Both the position numbers and the translations under genes were made by a program. Under the pieces are notes generated by a model, which worked only from the letters and a program-made list of their open reading frames with translations, made no database searches and was not told the origin of the DNA. A stretch of 64,000 bases of DNA from Clostridium sp. CAG:343 (GTDB lineage: Bacteria; Bacillota; Clostridia; TANB77; CAG-508), in contig FR888054.1 of the NCBI GenBank assembly GCA_000431335.1, forward strand, positions 96,307-160,306. Reading direction: 5' to 3'. This document shows positions 10,114-20,275 of the stretch, one piece after another (the stretch's first letter is position 1; every line of letters starts with the position of its first letter).

Positions 10114-11010
10114 TTAAACTTCTAATGTTCCTATATAATAGTCATAACTGTTTGATTTATATTTGTCCTTTAAAAACGAAACTGAGTAATCTTTATTAGA
10201 AACATATATATGTACATTTTTAGATTCACATTCAAATGTTATGTCTCCTGCTGAATTCTGAGTTATTGTATTATAATTACTATAATAGTTCAAGCTATTT
10301 GATGGAGCTTCCCCTATTATTATTATTTTTGGATTTATCTTGTCTAATATTTCTTTTGGAATTTTACCAGATTCTCTACCATGATGTGGAGCAAAAATAA
10401 TATCCGCTTCTTCTATCTCCAAATCATCTTTTATATTCTCCATAAAGTCCTTTTCTAAATCCCCAAACCATAATACTTTAACTCCATCTTCTAAACTATA
10501 CTTGATAATTGGTGATATATTATTAGGACTCTCTCCCTCTTTTGCATTTTCTAATGCATTTTTAAAATATTGATTATTTGTATTTGGCCATAATATATTT
10601 ATACCAGAAGATCCTCTTTCAAATCCAGAATCATCTTTTCCTTCTCTATTCATCCATTTTCTACTGCAACCCTCGTATAAATAAAAATGTTTATTTCCAT
10701 CTCTTAAAGAACAATATTCCTCAAAATCTTCTGTTTTATCTTTTTTTGTTGCTTTGTTTTCCACACAATAAAAATTATTTATACCAACTTTTTCTCTATA
10801 TCTTTTTAATCCCATGATGTGATCTTCATCTGGATGAGTAGAAATGAACCTAGTAATTCCTTTATTTTTAGATTTATCAATTATTTCATCTATAATTTTA
10901 TCCTCATTATCTTCATGCATATAACAGTCAATTACTGTAAAATTATCTGAACCATGTTTAATATAAAACATATCTCCATTTCCAACTGAAAACGATTTTA
11001 TGATACTCAT
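10114..11010 (-). CDS. MBL-fold metallo-hydrolase
   Basis: HPDEDH (HxHxDH) motif with downstream His/Asp ligands (APHHG). Confidence 0.6.
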   Translation of the reverse strand: MSIIKSFSVGNGDMFYIKHGSDNFTVIDCYMHEDNEDKIIDEIIDKSKNKGITRFISTHPDEDHIMGLKRYREKVGINNFYCVENKATKKDKTEDFEEYCSLRDGNKHFYLYEGCSRKWMNREGKDDSGFERGSSGINILWPNTNNQYFKNALENAKEGESPNNISPIIKYSLEDGVKVLWFGDLEKDFMENIKDDLEIEEADIIFAPHHGRESGKIPKEILDKINPKIIIIGEAPSNSLNYYSNYNTITQNSAGDITFECESKNVHIYVSNKDYSVSFLKDKYKSNSYDYYIGTLEV

Positions 11011-11597
11011 TTTTTTTCCTCCTTTTTATTTATTTTTTCTACTACTATTTGACTAACAAAATCTTTAGACTTTAGCCTGCATGATATAACCCCAATTATA
11101 TATGCAATTGTTATAGCTATTAGCTCTTTCCAGAAATAACTTGTCCATATTATAGTTAATACTATAAATACAATAACAAAAATAAATATTAAGAAAACAA
11201 TATCTCTTATAATACAATATTCAGCATTCTTACTTTCAACTATATTATTTTTTTCAACTGGTTTATAATAATCTCTGTAAAATATAAAATTAGGAATATT
11301 ATTCAATTCTTTTATCTTATAATTGTTCTTATCAATTCTTTTGTCATTTTTTATATATTCTTTTGCTTTCTCAAAAGGTGTTTTTTTATAAAAAATACCT
11401 AGTGCTATCCTTTGTTTTTTATTTCTATCAAACATTGATAGAAACAATAATGTAAAAACTAATAGTATTGCATCTATCGGCCATATTTCACTTATTAAAT
11501 TTGGGTAAATCACATTCAAGTTTAAAATAATATGATGACTGATTGCTATAATTAAAGTATATAACAAAATATACCTTTTCTCAAAACTTATTTCCAT
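11007..11597 (-). CDS. 4-TM membrane protein, translationally coupled to the MBL-fold gene
   Basis: Two N-terminal and two C-terminal hydrophobic helices. Its stop overlaps the start of the MBL gene by 4 nt. Confidence 0.4.
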   Translation of the reverse strand: MEISFEKRYILLYTLIIAISHHIILNLNVIYPNLISEIWPIDAILLVFTLLFLSMFDRNKKQRIALGIFYKKTPFEKAKEYIKNDKRIDKNNYKIKELNNIPNFIFYRDYYKPVEKNNIVESKNAEYCIIRDIVFLIFIFVIVFIVLTIIWTSYFWKELIAITIAYIIGVISCRLKSKDFVSQIVVEKINKKEEKK

Positions 11598-11690
11598 TAT
11601 ATTTTCTCCTTTCTCATTATCTTAATTTAAAAAAGCAAAATAATCCTGTAACTATTAATTACTCTCTTACTTTGCTTTTCCTATGTAAAC

Positions 11691-12335
11691 TTATTCTAAA
11701 TATTCTTTTAATCCATCAATTATTTTATACACTTTGGTCATTGGATTTTTTCGTGATGCTTGTCCATCTTTATTTAATTCTTCCATATATTCGCAATTCT
11801 TTATTGCTGTATGTAGCCTTTCTTCACTTGTAGCTTTTTCAAAAATGTTTGTATCGTTTTTAGTATATTCCCCTAAACCTTTTTTCTGAAATTCTTTACT
11901 TAATTCTTGTAATACATTGTCCTTTGAAATATACCTATTTACTTTCTTAAAATGTGATAATAACCACAATTCAAAATTAGGATTAGACCAAGCCACATTA
12001 TAATCACAGGTTTTAATTGCTTTATCAAATTGTTCATCTGAGTAATCATCTTTATCAAACACAACCCAAACTTGTCCATATCTTTTATTTGAATAATTTA
12101 CAAATTTATCTGTATATTTTACTAAAGCTGTGGTATTTTCACCTGTTCCTTTTATTTCAATATTAGGAATTAATACATCAACTTTGCTTCCATACTTTTC
12201 ATTTATCTTTTTCTTTAATCCATTAAAATAATTGGGTTCAGTTTGCTTCCCTTCACATACAATTAAGTAATTAGCTGGTGCAAGCCTCTTACTTTTTAAT
12301 CTGTCTTTTCTTGATATATTTCTATTATTCTTCAT
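11691..12335 (-). CDS. RloB-like (Toprim-like) protein, AbiLii-like
   Basis: N-terminus LIVCEGKQTEPNYF is the hallmark of the RloB family. It overlaps the upstream ATPase gene by 11 nt. Confidence 0.6.
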   Translation of the reverse strand: MKNNRNISRKDRLKSKRLAPANYLIVCEGKQTEPNYFNGLKKKINEKYGSKVDVLIPNIEIKGTGENTTALVKYTDKFVNYSNKRYGQVWVVFDKDDYSDEQFDKAIKTCDYNVAWSNPNFELWLLSHFKKVNRYISKDNVLQELSKEFQKKGLGEYTKNDTNIFEKATSEERLHTAIKNCEYMEELNKDGQASRKNPMTKVYKIIDGLKEYLE

Positions 12336-13557
12336 GTATTATATCAAATTCTTCCAATACTGGAATAGCACCATACCTTCCAGTTAAATAGTCTTTATTG
12401 TATGTTGCATCATTTCTTACTTTTTTACCTGCATTTTTATCATCTTCTAATATATAATCAGATAATGCATATATTTCTGAAATTCCATCTTTGTCTTTTT
12501 CTGCAAACCATATTTCATCTCTTCTAAATGTTTCTTTATTTAAGTTTACCGTATCATGTGTTGAATATATTAACTGTCCATTTCCTATATTGGTCAGACT
12601 ATTATGAAACAAGTTAATAATATATCTAGTTAATAGTGGATGTAATTTTGCATCTAATTCATCAACAAATAATACCATTCCATTTTTTAATGCATCCATA
12701 AAGAAATCAAATAAGTGAAACATTTTTCTCGTACCATTAGATTCTAAATAAAATGGCAATGCTTTTAACTTTCCATTTTCTCCCCTGTGAAGAACTTCAA
12801 TATCTATAATACCATTATTATTTTTAACAGCTTCTATTGAATCTGGTGTAGTTTTTATTCCTTCAATTCCAGAATCAAATGTCTTTATAAATTTTAATAA
12901 TTCTTTTTTATAAATTTCATCGCTTAGTATTTTTAATGAAACTCTGTTATTAATAAATCTTTCAAAATTTGGATTACCTAAGTCTAAATACATGCTATTC
13001 ACAAACCAGTCATATACATTGCTAAAATCCTCATTATTTCTATCTATTTTGCTATATATATTTAAGAATAATGTTCTTTCATCTATATTCACTAAATCTG
13101 AAATTTTATTAGGTTTCATTGATACATTGTTATTTTCTCTTTCGAAAATAACATAGAATTTATTTACCCTTTTCTCAAATAACCATTCTGAAATAATTGT
13201 ATCCTTTAAAACTTCAAAACCATATTTATATATTTTATTATTTTTAGCTAATATTTCTACTTCTAAAGCTATTGGATCATTATTTATCATAAAACTATAA
13301 ATATTTTCTTCATCTATTGGAGAATTCTTTTTAGAGTCATCACTTACCAATATTCTTTTTTTCATATAGTCAAAAGCTTGTAACACATTAGTTTTTCCAC
13401 TAGCATTGGCACCATAAATTGCAGATACTTTCAAATATTCACCATTTTCTGTTTTAGCCACATTATATTCATGTTCTTTTAATGATGTTGCTTCCATATC
13501 TAAACAATTTTCATTTTTAAAAGATTTGAAATTTTTAAAACTAAATCTTATTAACAT
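12325..13557 (-). CDS. AAA ATPase (AAA_21/AAA_15 ABC-like), AbiLi-like
   Basis: Walker A GANASGKTN, a split ABC-type ATPase layout, and Walker B LFVDELD. Confidence 0.6.
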   Translation of the reverse strand: MLIRFSFKNFKSFKNENCLDMEATSLKEHEYNVAKTENGEYLKVSAIYGANASGKTNVLQAFDYMKKRILVSDDSKKNSPIDEENIYSFMINNDPIALEVEILAKNNKIYKYGFEVLKDTIISEWLFEKRVNKFYVIFERENNNVSMKPNKISDLVNIDERTLFLNIYSKIDRNNEDFSNVYDWFVNSMYLDLGNPNFERFINNRVSLKILSDEIYKKELLKFIKTFDSGIEGIKTTPDSIEAVKNNNGIIDIEVLHRGENGKLKALPFYLESNGTRKMFHLFDFFMDALKNGMVLFVDELDAKLHPLLTRYIINLFHNSLTNIGNGQLIYSTHDTVNLNKETFRRDEIWFAEKDKDGISEIYALSDYILEDDKNAGKKVRNDATYNKDYLTGRYGAIPVLEEFDIIHEE

Positions 13558-13646
13558 ATTAAAATCCTCCTTTGCTTTATATATTATATGCTATAATTTA
13601 AAAAATATCAATATTTTTGAGGTGTTTTCTCAAAAATTATTGATAT

Positions 13647-14408
13647 TTATTTAAAAATACTATTAAATTCTAATGGTACTATATTTTCATATAGTAATGT
13701 AAACTGTGAATTAATTTGCCTATAATCATGATAATGTCCAAAATACCATTTCTTAAACTCACATTTTTCTGAAATTTTTTGCAAATAATCTGTTAAAATA
13801 TCTTTTTTATAAGATGGATTTAACAATGTTTGTATGCTTGTAGGACAGCAATGAGAAATAATATAATCAACTTTATAATTTACATTTTCTAAATTTTTTA
13901 TTCCATTTTTCATTTCCTCATTAGTAGGAAGTTCTAAATCCCACCACGAATAATCTCTTATTCTAAAATATGCTCCTCTTTTTCGATATTCATATATTTT
14001 TTCATATTCATCTATGTTTAATATTCCATCCATTATGTCATGTGATCTAGCACCACCAAATGTGAAAAACTTTTTATTATCTATATTAAATATTTCTCCA
14101 CGCATTAAATGAATAACTGATTCTCTTATTTTATGAACTTTACCACCATGCCATTCTTCTACTGGATAATTATATAATCTTTCAAAATTCTCATGATTAC
14201 CATCAACAAATAAAGTGGTAAAATTTTTATTATTTAACCAATCTAGCCAATACTTTTCATATATACTCTCTACTATATAGTTCCATACTCCACCAAAATC
14301 ACCACAAATAATTATATAATCATTTTTAGTCATTTCAGATTGTATAGAAAATTTATTTTCTTCAAATCTTAAAAAATCAGCATGTGTATCACCTGTAATA
14401 TAAATCAT
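13647..14408 (-). CDS. calcineurin-like metallophosphoesterase
   Basis: Motifs GDTHAD, GDFGG and GNHEN. Confidence 0.65.
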   Translation of the reverse strand: MIYITGDTHADFLRFEENKFSIQSEMTKNDYIIICGDFGGVWNYIVESIYEKYWLDWLNNKNFTTLFVDGNHENFERLYNYPVEEWHGGKVHKIRESVIHLMRGEIFNIDNKKFFTFGGARSHDIMDGILNIDEYEKIYEYRKRGAYFRIRDYSWWDLELPTNEEMKNGIKNLENVNYKVDYIISHCCPTSIQTLLNPSYKKDILTDYLQKISEKCEFKKWYFGHYHDYRQINSQFTLLYENIVPLEFNSIFK

Positions 14409-14432
14409 TTTTCTTTACCCCAATTTCTTTTT

Positions 14433-15236
14433 TTAAAATCTGTTTATGTTTTTTCCATATTTCTCCCAATTTATTTCATATGTTTCCTGTTCTGTATTAT
14501 TATCTATTAACATTAGTATTTTTTTACCTACTATCCTTGATGCAAAATAACATATTATTGCATCATCTAAATGGAATGTTCTATCTATTTCATCATTTGA
14601 TAGAATTTCGTGTTTGGATATGTTATACAAATCAACAAACAATTTTAACTCTTCACTTAAATTTTTTTCGAAAATATTTTTATCTGATATGTAATTTAAT
14701 AGTTTTCCTAAAGGATACTTCCTAACTTTCAAAAATTCTAATTTTTTATAAAAACGTAAATATATTTTTATTGATTCTTCGAAATGATGTCCACAATTTT
14801 CTATTATGTCTCTCGCTGTATAGTTTAAATCTAAAATATCTATATCTGTTCTAACATATTGAAAACATCTATATGCATTTCTATATATTGAACCTTGAAA
14901 TGCATTAAAATTGGCTGGATCACAACCTTGACAATAACCACCTATTCCACCTAATGATTGATCAAATTTCCATAGTTCTATAGTTTTATAATTATCTCCT
15001 GCTTTTTTTATATTTTCAATGATACTATCAATAGTATCATTTTGAGTTTTTGTAAATATTACTTTTAATTTTTGTGTTTGTTCTAACATATTCTTTCCTC
15101 TATTAATTATATTTTTGAATATTAAATAATAATAAGCAAAATAATCATGCAATATACACAATTTATCTTGCTTATCCTTTGTATTAATTTGGTAAATAAT
15201 TATATTTATTAGTAATTTCTTGATTTCAGTTCTCAT
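14433..15236 (-). CDS. hypothetical protein (Cys-rich central region)
   Basis: ORF only. It is tightly linked upstream of the phosphoesterase with a 24-nt gap. No recognisable domain. Confidence 0.35.
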   Translation of the reverse strand: MRTEIKKLLINIIIYQINTKDKQDKLCILHDYFAYYYLIFKNIINRGKNMLEQTQKLKVIFTKTQNDTIDSIIENIKKAGDNYKTIELWKFDQSLGGIGGYCQGCDPANFNAFQGSIYRNAYRCFQYVRTDIDILDLNYTARDIIENCGHHFEESIKIYLRFYKKLEFLKVRKYPLGKLLNYISDKNIFEKNLSEELKLFVDLYNISKHEILSNDEIDRTFHLDDAIICYFASRIVGKKILMLIDNNTEQETYEINWEKYGKNINRF

Positions 15237-15490
15237 TCTAGAATCTTTCTTTTATGTCACAATCAATAATCATATTCTTATTAGCTGTTTCAACAAATTC
15301 TTAATCTATTTTTTGAGGTCATAATTTCTTGTATTATTATTCTATGTCTTCTACACTCATTCTTTAATTGTATTAAATCACTATTTTTAAATTTAGTAGA
15401 AATTCTTCATTTAAATAAATATTTTTTAGTCTTCAAAAATAAACAATATAATTAGTTTTTTATTATATTTGTTAATATAATTTATACTAT

Positions 15491-17059
15491 CTATTTATTA
15501 ATCTTTATCGTCAAATTATTATATCCATATTTATTTAATAATCCTAATAAAGCTTGTCCATCTATAAGAGTTAGAGGTTTATCTTGTGCAAAATCATATG
15601 CTTCTTTTCCATAAAAACTTGTAGTAACAAGAATTCCTTTTGTAGCGCCTTCATGTATCATTGTACCATATAAATCTCTTACAGCGGATACTGGAACAAC
15701 ATTATTATATCTTTTAGCTTGTATAACAAACTTTCCACCTCTTATTGGATCATCATCAAAAGCAATTGCATCAACGCCTCCATCATGACTTGCTTGTGTT
15801 ACTTTAACTTCTCCACCATTAACATTAAACATTTTATCAAATAATTCACGTATAAAATATTCAAAATCCTCCCATGGCATGTTTGCTAGATTAAAACCAT
15901 CTAAATCAATATTAGCAACATCTTTACTCTCTATAAATCTAGAATCTTCTCTATTAATTTTCATATATGGAATAACCGGTGTTAGGGATAAAATATTCGG
16001 TGCAAAAATTCCTTTTAATCCTTTTATACATTCTTTATAATCAACATTTTCAATATTTAAATCCAAGAATTTTTCTTTAGTAGACTCTACTGTAATTATA
16101 CAACTTTCAGCTTCTTTCCCTGTACTTTTGTCAATATACTTAATCCATCCATTATATACAATTTTATCAATATTGTTATTATCATCTGAACGTAATATAT
16201 CATTCATAGTTTTCAAACAACACATAAAAATGATATCATTATAAAACTTCTCAAACTTTTTGTCTGTAAGCTTTATTTCATCAATTTCATTCCTTGTACT
16301 AACATATTTATGTTGGATGATTCTTGGGACAGTATCAGCATTTGGCAAGTAATATGCAATAATTAGTGTTTTACTTTCTTTTAAATATTGTATTTCGAAA
16401 TCTTTAACAACTTCGCTTGGCATATAAATATTTTCAATAACATATTCAAAATAATCCTCTATCTGTTGGATATTACCTTCGTTATATTCTTTTCTATTAT
16501 TTTCAACTTGTTTGTTCTTTTCTTCTTGTTCTTTTAAAAATTTTTCTTTTTGCCTATCATATTCTTCTCTTTCTTCTTTTAGTTTCTTATTATATTCATC
16601 ATTTCTTTTTAGTAATTCTGCATTTGCTTCTTCTTCTTTTTTTATTCTAAAATTTTTCCTATTAGTAGAAAAAATTTCTATCCAGCTTTTTTTGGGGACA
16701 TTTAATTCTTCTTTTATTTCTTCTATTGTGTCTCTTTTTAACTTTGATTCAAATTTTCTAAATTCGGATTTATCTATTAAACTGTCATAATATTTTTTTG
16801 ATTTCTGAATATTTCTTTTATTTATAATATTTTTATAACTTTCTATCTTCTTTTCATCGTTTTTTGTTAATTGTTCGGCTTTTCTTTTCATTTCTTCTTT
16901 ATTTTGTTTAGCAATCTCTCTTTTTACTCTTTCGTCCCAAATTCTTTTTTGATTTTCAACCTTGGCATCAAGTTCGTACCTTGTTGGTGCACTAATTTCC
17001 TTGCTTACTCCTAAAAAGTCATTACTTAACACTACTCTATAATAGTTTCTATATGCCAT
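15491..17059 (-). CDS. Mrr_cat-type restriction endonuclease-domain protein with N-terminal K/E-rich coiled coil
   Basis: C-terminus FEYFIRELF...GGVDAIAF...VIQAKRY matches the Mrr catalytic (PD-(D/E)xK) domain. A long KE-rich helical region sits upstream. Confidence 0.6.
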   Translation of the reverse strand: MAYRNYYRVVLSNDFLGVSKEISAPTRYELDAKVENQKRIWDERVKREIAKQNKEEMKRKAEQLTKNDEKKIESYKNIINKRNIQKSKKYYDSLIDKSEFRKFESKLKRDTIEEIKEELNVPKKSWIEIFSTNRKNFRIKKEEEANAELLKRNDEYNKKLKEEREEYDRQKEKFLKEQEEKNKQVENNRKEYNEGNIQQIEDYFEYVIENIYMPSEVVKDFEIQYLKESKTLIIAYYLPNADTVPRIIQHKYVSTRNEIDEIKLTDKKFEKFYNDIIFMCCLKTMNDILRSDDNNNIDKIVYNGWIKYIDKSTGKEAESCIITVESTKEKFLDLNIENVDYKECIKGLKGIFAPNILSLTPVIPYMKINREDSRFIESKDVANIDLDGFNLANMPWEDFEYFIRELFDKMFNVNGGEVKVTQASHDGGVDAIAFDDDPIRGGKFVIQAKRYNNVVPVSAVRDLYGTMIHEGATKGILVTTSFYGKEAYDFAQDKPLTLIDGQALLGLLNKYGYNNLTIKINK

Positions 17060-17070
17060 TTTTCCATCTC

Positions 17071-19032
17071 CTACTCATATTTGTACTCTTCACTATCTTC
17101 AGCAACTTTTAGTTCAGTATATTGATTTTCCTCATCTACTGTGTAAATTATTTCTTTGGCTGTAGTCAATCTGTTTTTTAAATATTCAGATAAAGCTTTG
17201 TCTTCGCAGTATATATAACACCCATTTTGTCCTCTTGTTAATAATGTCCTATATGTATTTTTTATAATTTCATCTGCCAATTTTAAAGCTCCTTCTGGAT
17301 TTTCTTTATACATCTTCTTTATTCCAGATAAAGATTTATCTGTTGATGCTCTTTCTTTAAAATCTGTTATAATTTTTCCGTTTTCATATCGTAAATCTTT
17401 TCCTATAATTACTCCAACATAGTCAAATTCTAATCCTTGTGATGTATGTATGCAACCAGCTTGTTCAACAGAATCTTTATCTATTGCCCAAATTGTTTTA
17501 TTAAAATTCCATTTCATTTTAAAATCATATTCTGGTATCTCTATGTCATATTTATCACCTTTAGGATCTTCTTTTGAAATCCAATCCCAGCAGTATCCTG
17601 CCAATATTCTTGATTTATTCTTAATATTATTACATCTAATAATTTGTTCTTTTAGCTCATTTGGATTATCAAAAACTTTAACTCTATAATCTTTAAGAAA
17701 TGTCATATCTATTTCTTCATCAGTCACGTCACCATACTGTAGAGAGCTTTCTACCCAATCTATAAATTTTTCAGCTCCTCCGCATCTAAATTGAGCATTT
17801 AATTTTCCATATGATATTTCAGCATTTAATTCTTTAGCAAAAAATTCTATTCTTTCTTTTGTTCCATAATCATCTATATGTATATGTTGCTTTGAATCAA
17901 TAAAAAATATTGCAAATCTAGTAGCATTAATAATCTCTTTTATTTGATTCTCTCCTCTTTTTAGGAATCCTGTCTTTTCGGTAAGTCTATGTGCTTCATC
18001 AACGATCAATGCATCAAACTCATTGCTTTTTTCATTTATATATGATCCTGACCCACAAAATAAATTATCAATTTCAGTCTTTTTATATGTTCCTTTTAAT
18101 TGAACAGAATAAACATCTCTTGGTGTTTGATTTTTTGTTATATACTGACAGTTCATTCCATACTTTCCCAAAAATTGTCCTAGTAAATTTATTGCAATTA
18201 CAGACTTTCCTGTACCAGGTCCACCTTCTACTATATAAACTCTTTTCTTACCATCTTTTTTTGATAATTTTGCTAATCTTTTTGCTTCTTCAAATACATC
18301 CTTTTGTAAATCAACCATAGAAAATTCTTCTTTACCATTTAGCATATTTAATATATTATCCTGTAATTGTTTTGAAGGTTTGATTCCACCTTCTTCTAGT
18401 ATATATAATGTTTCCTTATTATCTCCATATTTTATATGTTTTCTAATAAATTCTTTTAGCTTATCATTCTCTCCATTCAAAAAAATTGGTGACTCTTTTA
18501 AAAGGCTTCTATATTGATTGTTTGTTATAGCATCATTTTCTGTTTTTTCATATCTATGTAAACACGAACATGGAATTATATCCATTTTTTCTTCTTCTGC
18601 AGCCGCATAGAAATTTTTCATAATTTTTGCATATGAAAGTGCTTGATATGAAGGATGTTGTACTATACCATATGCTTTTACTTCAACCATATCATCTCTA
18701 TCTGTAACTACTTTAGCACTATTCCACCTTTTGAATTCTATTACTATAATTGTGTGTTCCTTCTCTTCGTTTAATCCACATATTATAAAATCCACTCTTA
18801 ATTTTGAATTATATAATTTAAATTCCATTGCTACAGAAATATCATTTGGAAATATATTATCTCTTAATATTTTTTCCATATGATTTGCTGTATCTATCCA
18901 AGATTCATTTTCACTACTACCTACATTAAATCCTAATCTTGCTTTTATTTTTTTGGCTACTTGATCATTATATACATCTTCTAAAAAAGATTGTTTCGTT
19001 GCCTCATATACTATCATAATAATTGCCCCCAT
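17071..19032 (-). CDS. nuclease-helicase: N-terminal PD-(D/E)xK-like segment plus DUF2075/SF1-type P-loop ATPase
   Basis: N-terminus D...IEFKRW is a PD-ExK-like motif. Walker A GGPGTGKS and Walker B/DEAH-like VDEAHRL are present. The C-terminal region resembles a UvrD-like SF1 helicase. Confidence 0.55.
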   Translation of the reverse strand: MGAIIMIVYEATKQSFLEDVYNDQVAKKIKARLGFNVGSSENESWIDTANHMEKILRDNIFPNDISVAMEFKLYNSKLRVDFIICGLNEEKEHTIIVIEFKRWNSAKVVTDRDDMVEVKAYGIVQHPSYQALSYAKIMKNFYAAAEEEKMDIIPCSCLHRYEKTENDAITNNQYRSLLKESPIFLNGENDKLKEFIRKHIKYGDNKETLYILEEGGIKPSKQLQDNILNMLNGKEEFSMVDLQKDVFEEAKRLAKLSKKDGKKRVYIVEGGPGTGKSVIAINLLGQFLGKYGMNCQYITKNQTPRDVYSVQLKGTYKKTEIDNLFCGSGSYINEKSNEFDALIVDEAHRLTEKTGFLKRGENQIKEIINATRFAIFFIDSKQHIHIDDYGTKERIEFFAKELNAEISYGKLNAQFRCGGAEKFIDWVESSLQYGDVTDEEIDMTFLKDYRVKVFDNPNELKEQIIRCNNIKNKSRILAGYCWDWISKEDPKGDKYDIEIPEYDFKMKWNFNKTIWAIDKDSVEQAGCIHTSQGLEFDYVGVIIGKDLRYENGKIITDFKERASTDKSLSGIKKMYKENPEGALKLADEIIKNTYRTLLTRGQNGCYIYCEDKALSEYLKNRLTTAKEIIYTVDEENQYTELKVAEDSEEYKYE

Positions 19033-19042
19033 AATTATATCT

Positions 19043-19360
19043 TTATAGCTTATTATATTTTGTACTTACACCCTTTGCTTTTTCTACTGGATATTTTTTC
19101 TTTGTTTTTTCTAATTTCTTTAATATTATATCTTTTGGATTAACATTTAATTTCATAGCCATTTGAATACAATATGTAAATACATCTGCTAATTCTTCGC
19201 ATACTTCTTCTTTATTGTAATTTTCACTATCCCATTGAAAGCACTCTAATAATTCTCCAGCTTCTATCGAAATTGATTTTGCTAAATTTTCTGGCGAATG
19301 AAATTTATCCCAATCTCTTTCTTCATTAAATTTACTTATTTCTTTCATCAATTCTTTCAT
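19043..19360 (-). CDS. MazG-like nucleotide pyrophosphohydrolase
   Basis: Small all-alpha protein with EE..E.LADV..Y motifs. Start set at the Met preceded by AAAGGA. Confidence 0.55.
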   Translation of the reverse strand: MKELMKEISKFNEERDWDKFHSPENLAKSISIEAGELLECFQWDSENYNKEEVCEELADVFTYCIQMAMKLNVNPKDIILKKLEKTKKKYPVEKAKGVSTKYNKL

Positions 19361-19460
19361 ATTATCATTTCCTTTAATATACATTTAATCTATTATACTT
19401 TATATCATAAAACGACTTTTTTCTCAATAGTTTTATTATATTTGTGTTTGATTGTTGTAA

Positions 19461-20135
19461 CTAATTTTTATGAAAAAAATGATCATATGGATAACCTGCT
19501 TTAATATATAACTCCGTTAACTCCATTTTATATTTCTCCAATAACTCTAAATACTTTTGCTTAAAAACATTTTTACAAATCCATTCAACTCCTTTTCTTG
19601 AAATAATAACTTTATTATTATCTAAATATTTATAATTACTAAATCCATTATCACACATTTTTTTAATTGCTTTTCTTATACTAGATTCTGCTCTATTAAA
19701 GTATTTTTCTAGTTGTTTTATGTCCATATCTTCATTCCACCAATTTTCATTATGCTCTACTTTTAAAAAATCTTCATACAATTTAATTCTGGTTTCAAAA
19801 AATTCTACATCAGCATCTATTAAAGATTTTTCTTTTTCAAAATACACAAATTTTATCCAGTCATACCCTTCTACTAAAATAAAATATTTTCTACTTCTTA
19901 CTTTTTCACTTCTCCATCTACAAGTTGGATGTTTTTTCAACATAACATCTACTGCTTTTCTTAAATCTACATGCTTTACTTCTTTACCATGTTTTGTTGT
20001 TATTCCTAATAGTTGTAATCTTTTTAAAATTTTATTATATGATAAAAAAATACTATCCAAAATTTGTTCTGAATCTCTCCACATTTTCACCACTTCCTTG
20101 CTATAAAAATTTATTAATGCTAGTTTACGAAGCAT
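19461..20135 (-). CDS. hypothetical protein
   Basis: ORF only. It may be the first gene of the MazG operon. Confidence 0.3.
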   Translation of the reverse strand: MLRKLALINFYSKEVVKMWRDSEQILDSIFLSYNKILKRLQLLGITTKHGKEVKHVDLRKAVDVMLKKHPTCRWRSEKVRSRKYFILVEGYDWIKFVYFEKEKSLIDADVEFFETRIKLYEDFLKVEHNENWWNEDMDIKQLEKYFNRAESSIRKAIKKMCDNGFSNYKYLDNNKVIISRKGVEWICKNVFKQKYLELLEKYKMELTELYIKAGYPYDHFFHKN

Positions 20136-20155
20136 TAATAATTAGCAAAATTTAT

Positions 20156-20275
20156 TTTGCTCCGAATAGTGTGGCATTTTTGGTGTCCAATATTCGCCAG
20201 CATGGTGTTTTGACACCCTTTTCGCTGTTTAGGGCAAAATGCCCTAATACCCTTTTTGCTCTCCGAGGGATATTT
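20156..20275. other. GC-rich structured intergenic element (candidate small RNA or recombination/transfer site)
   Basis: Locally GC-rich in an AT-rich genome. Hairpins ggtgtc...gacacc and tagggca aaa tgcccta are present. It shares a ggcatttttgg/tagggca motif with 5396..5412. Confidence 0.3.
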
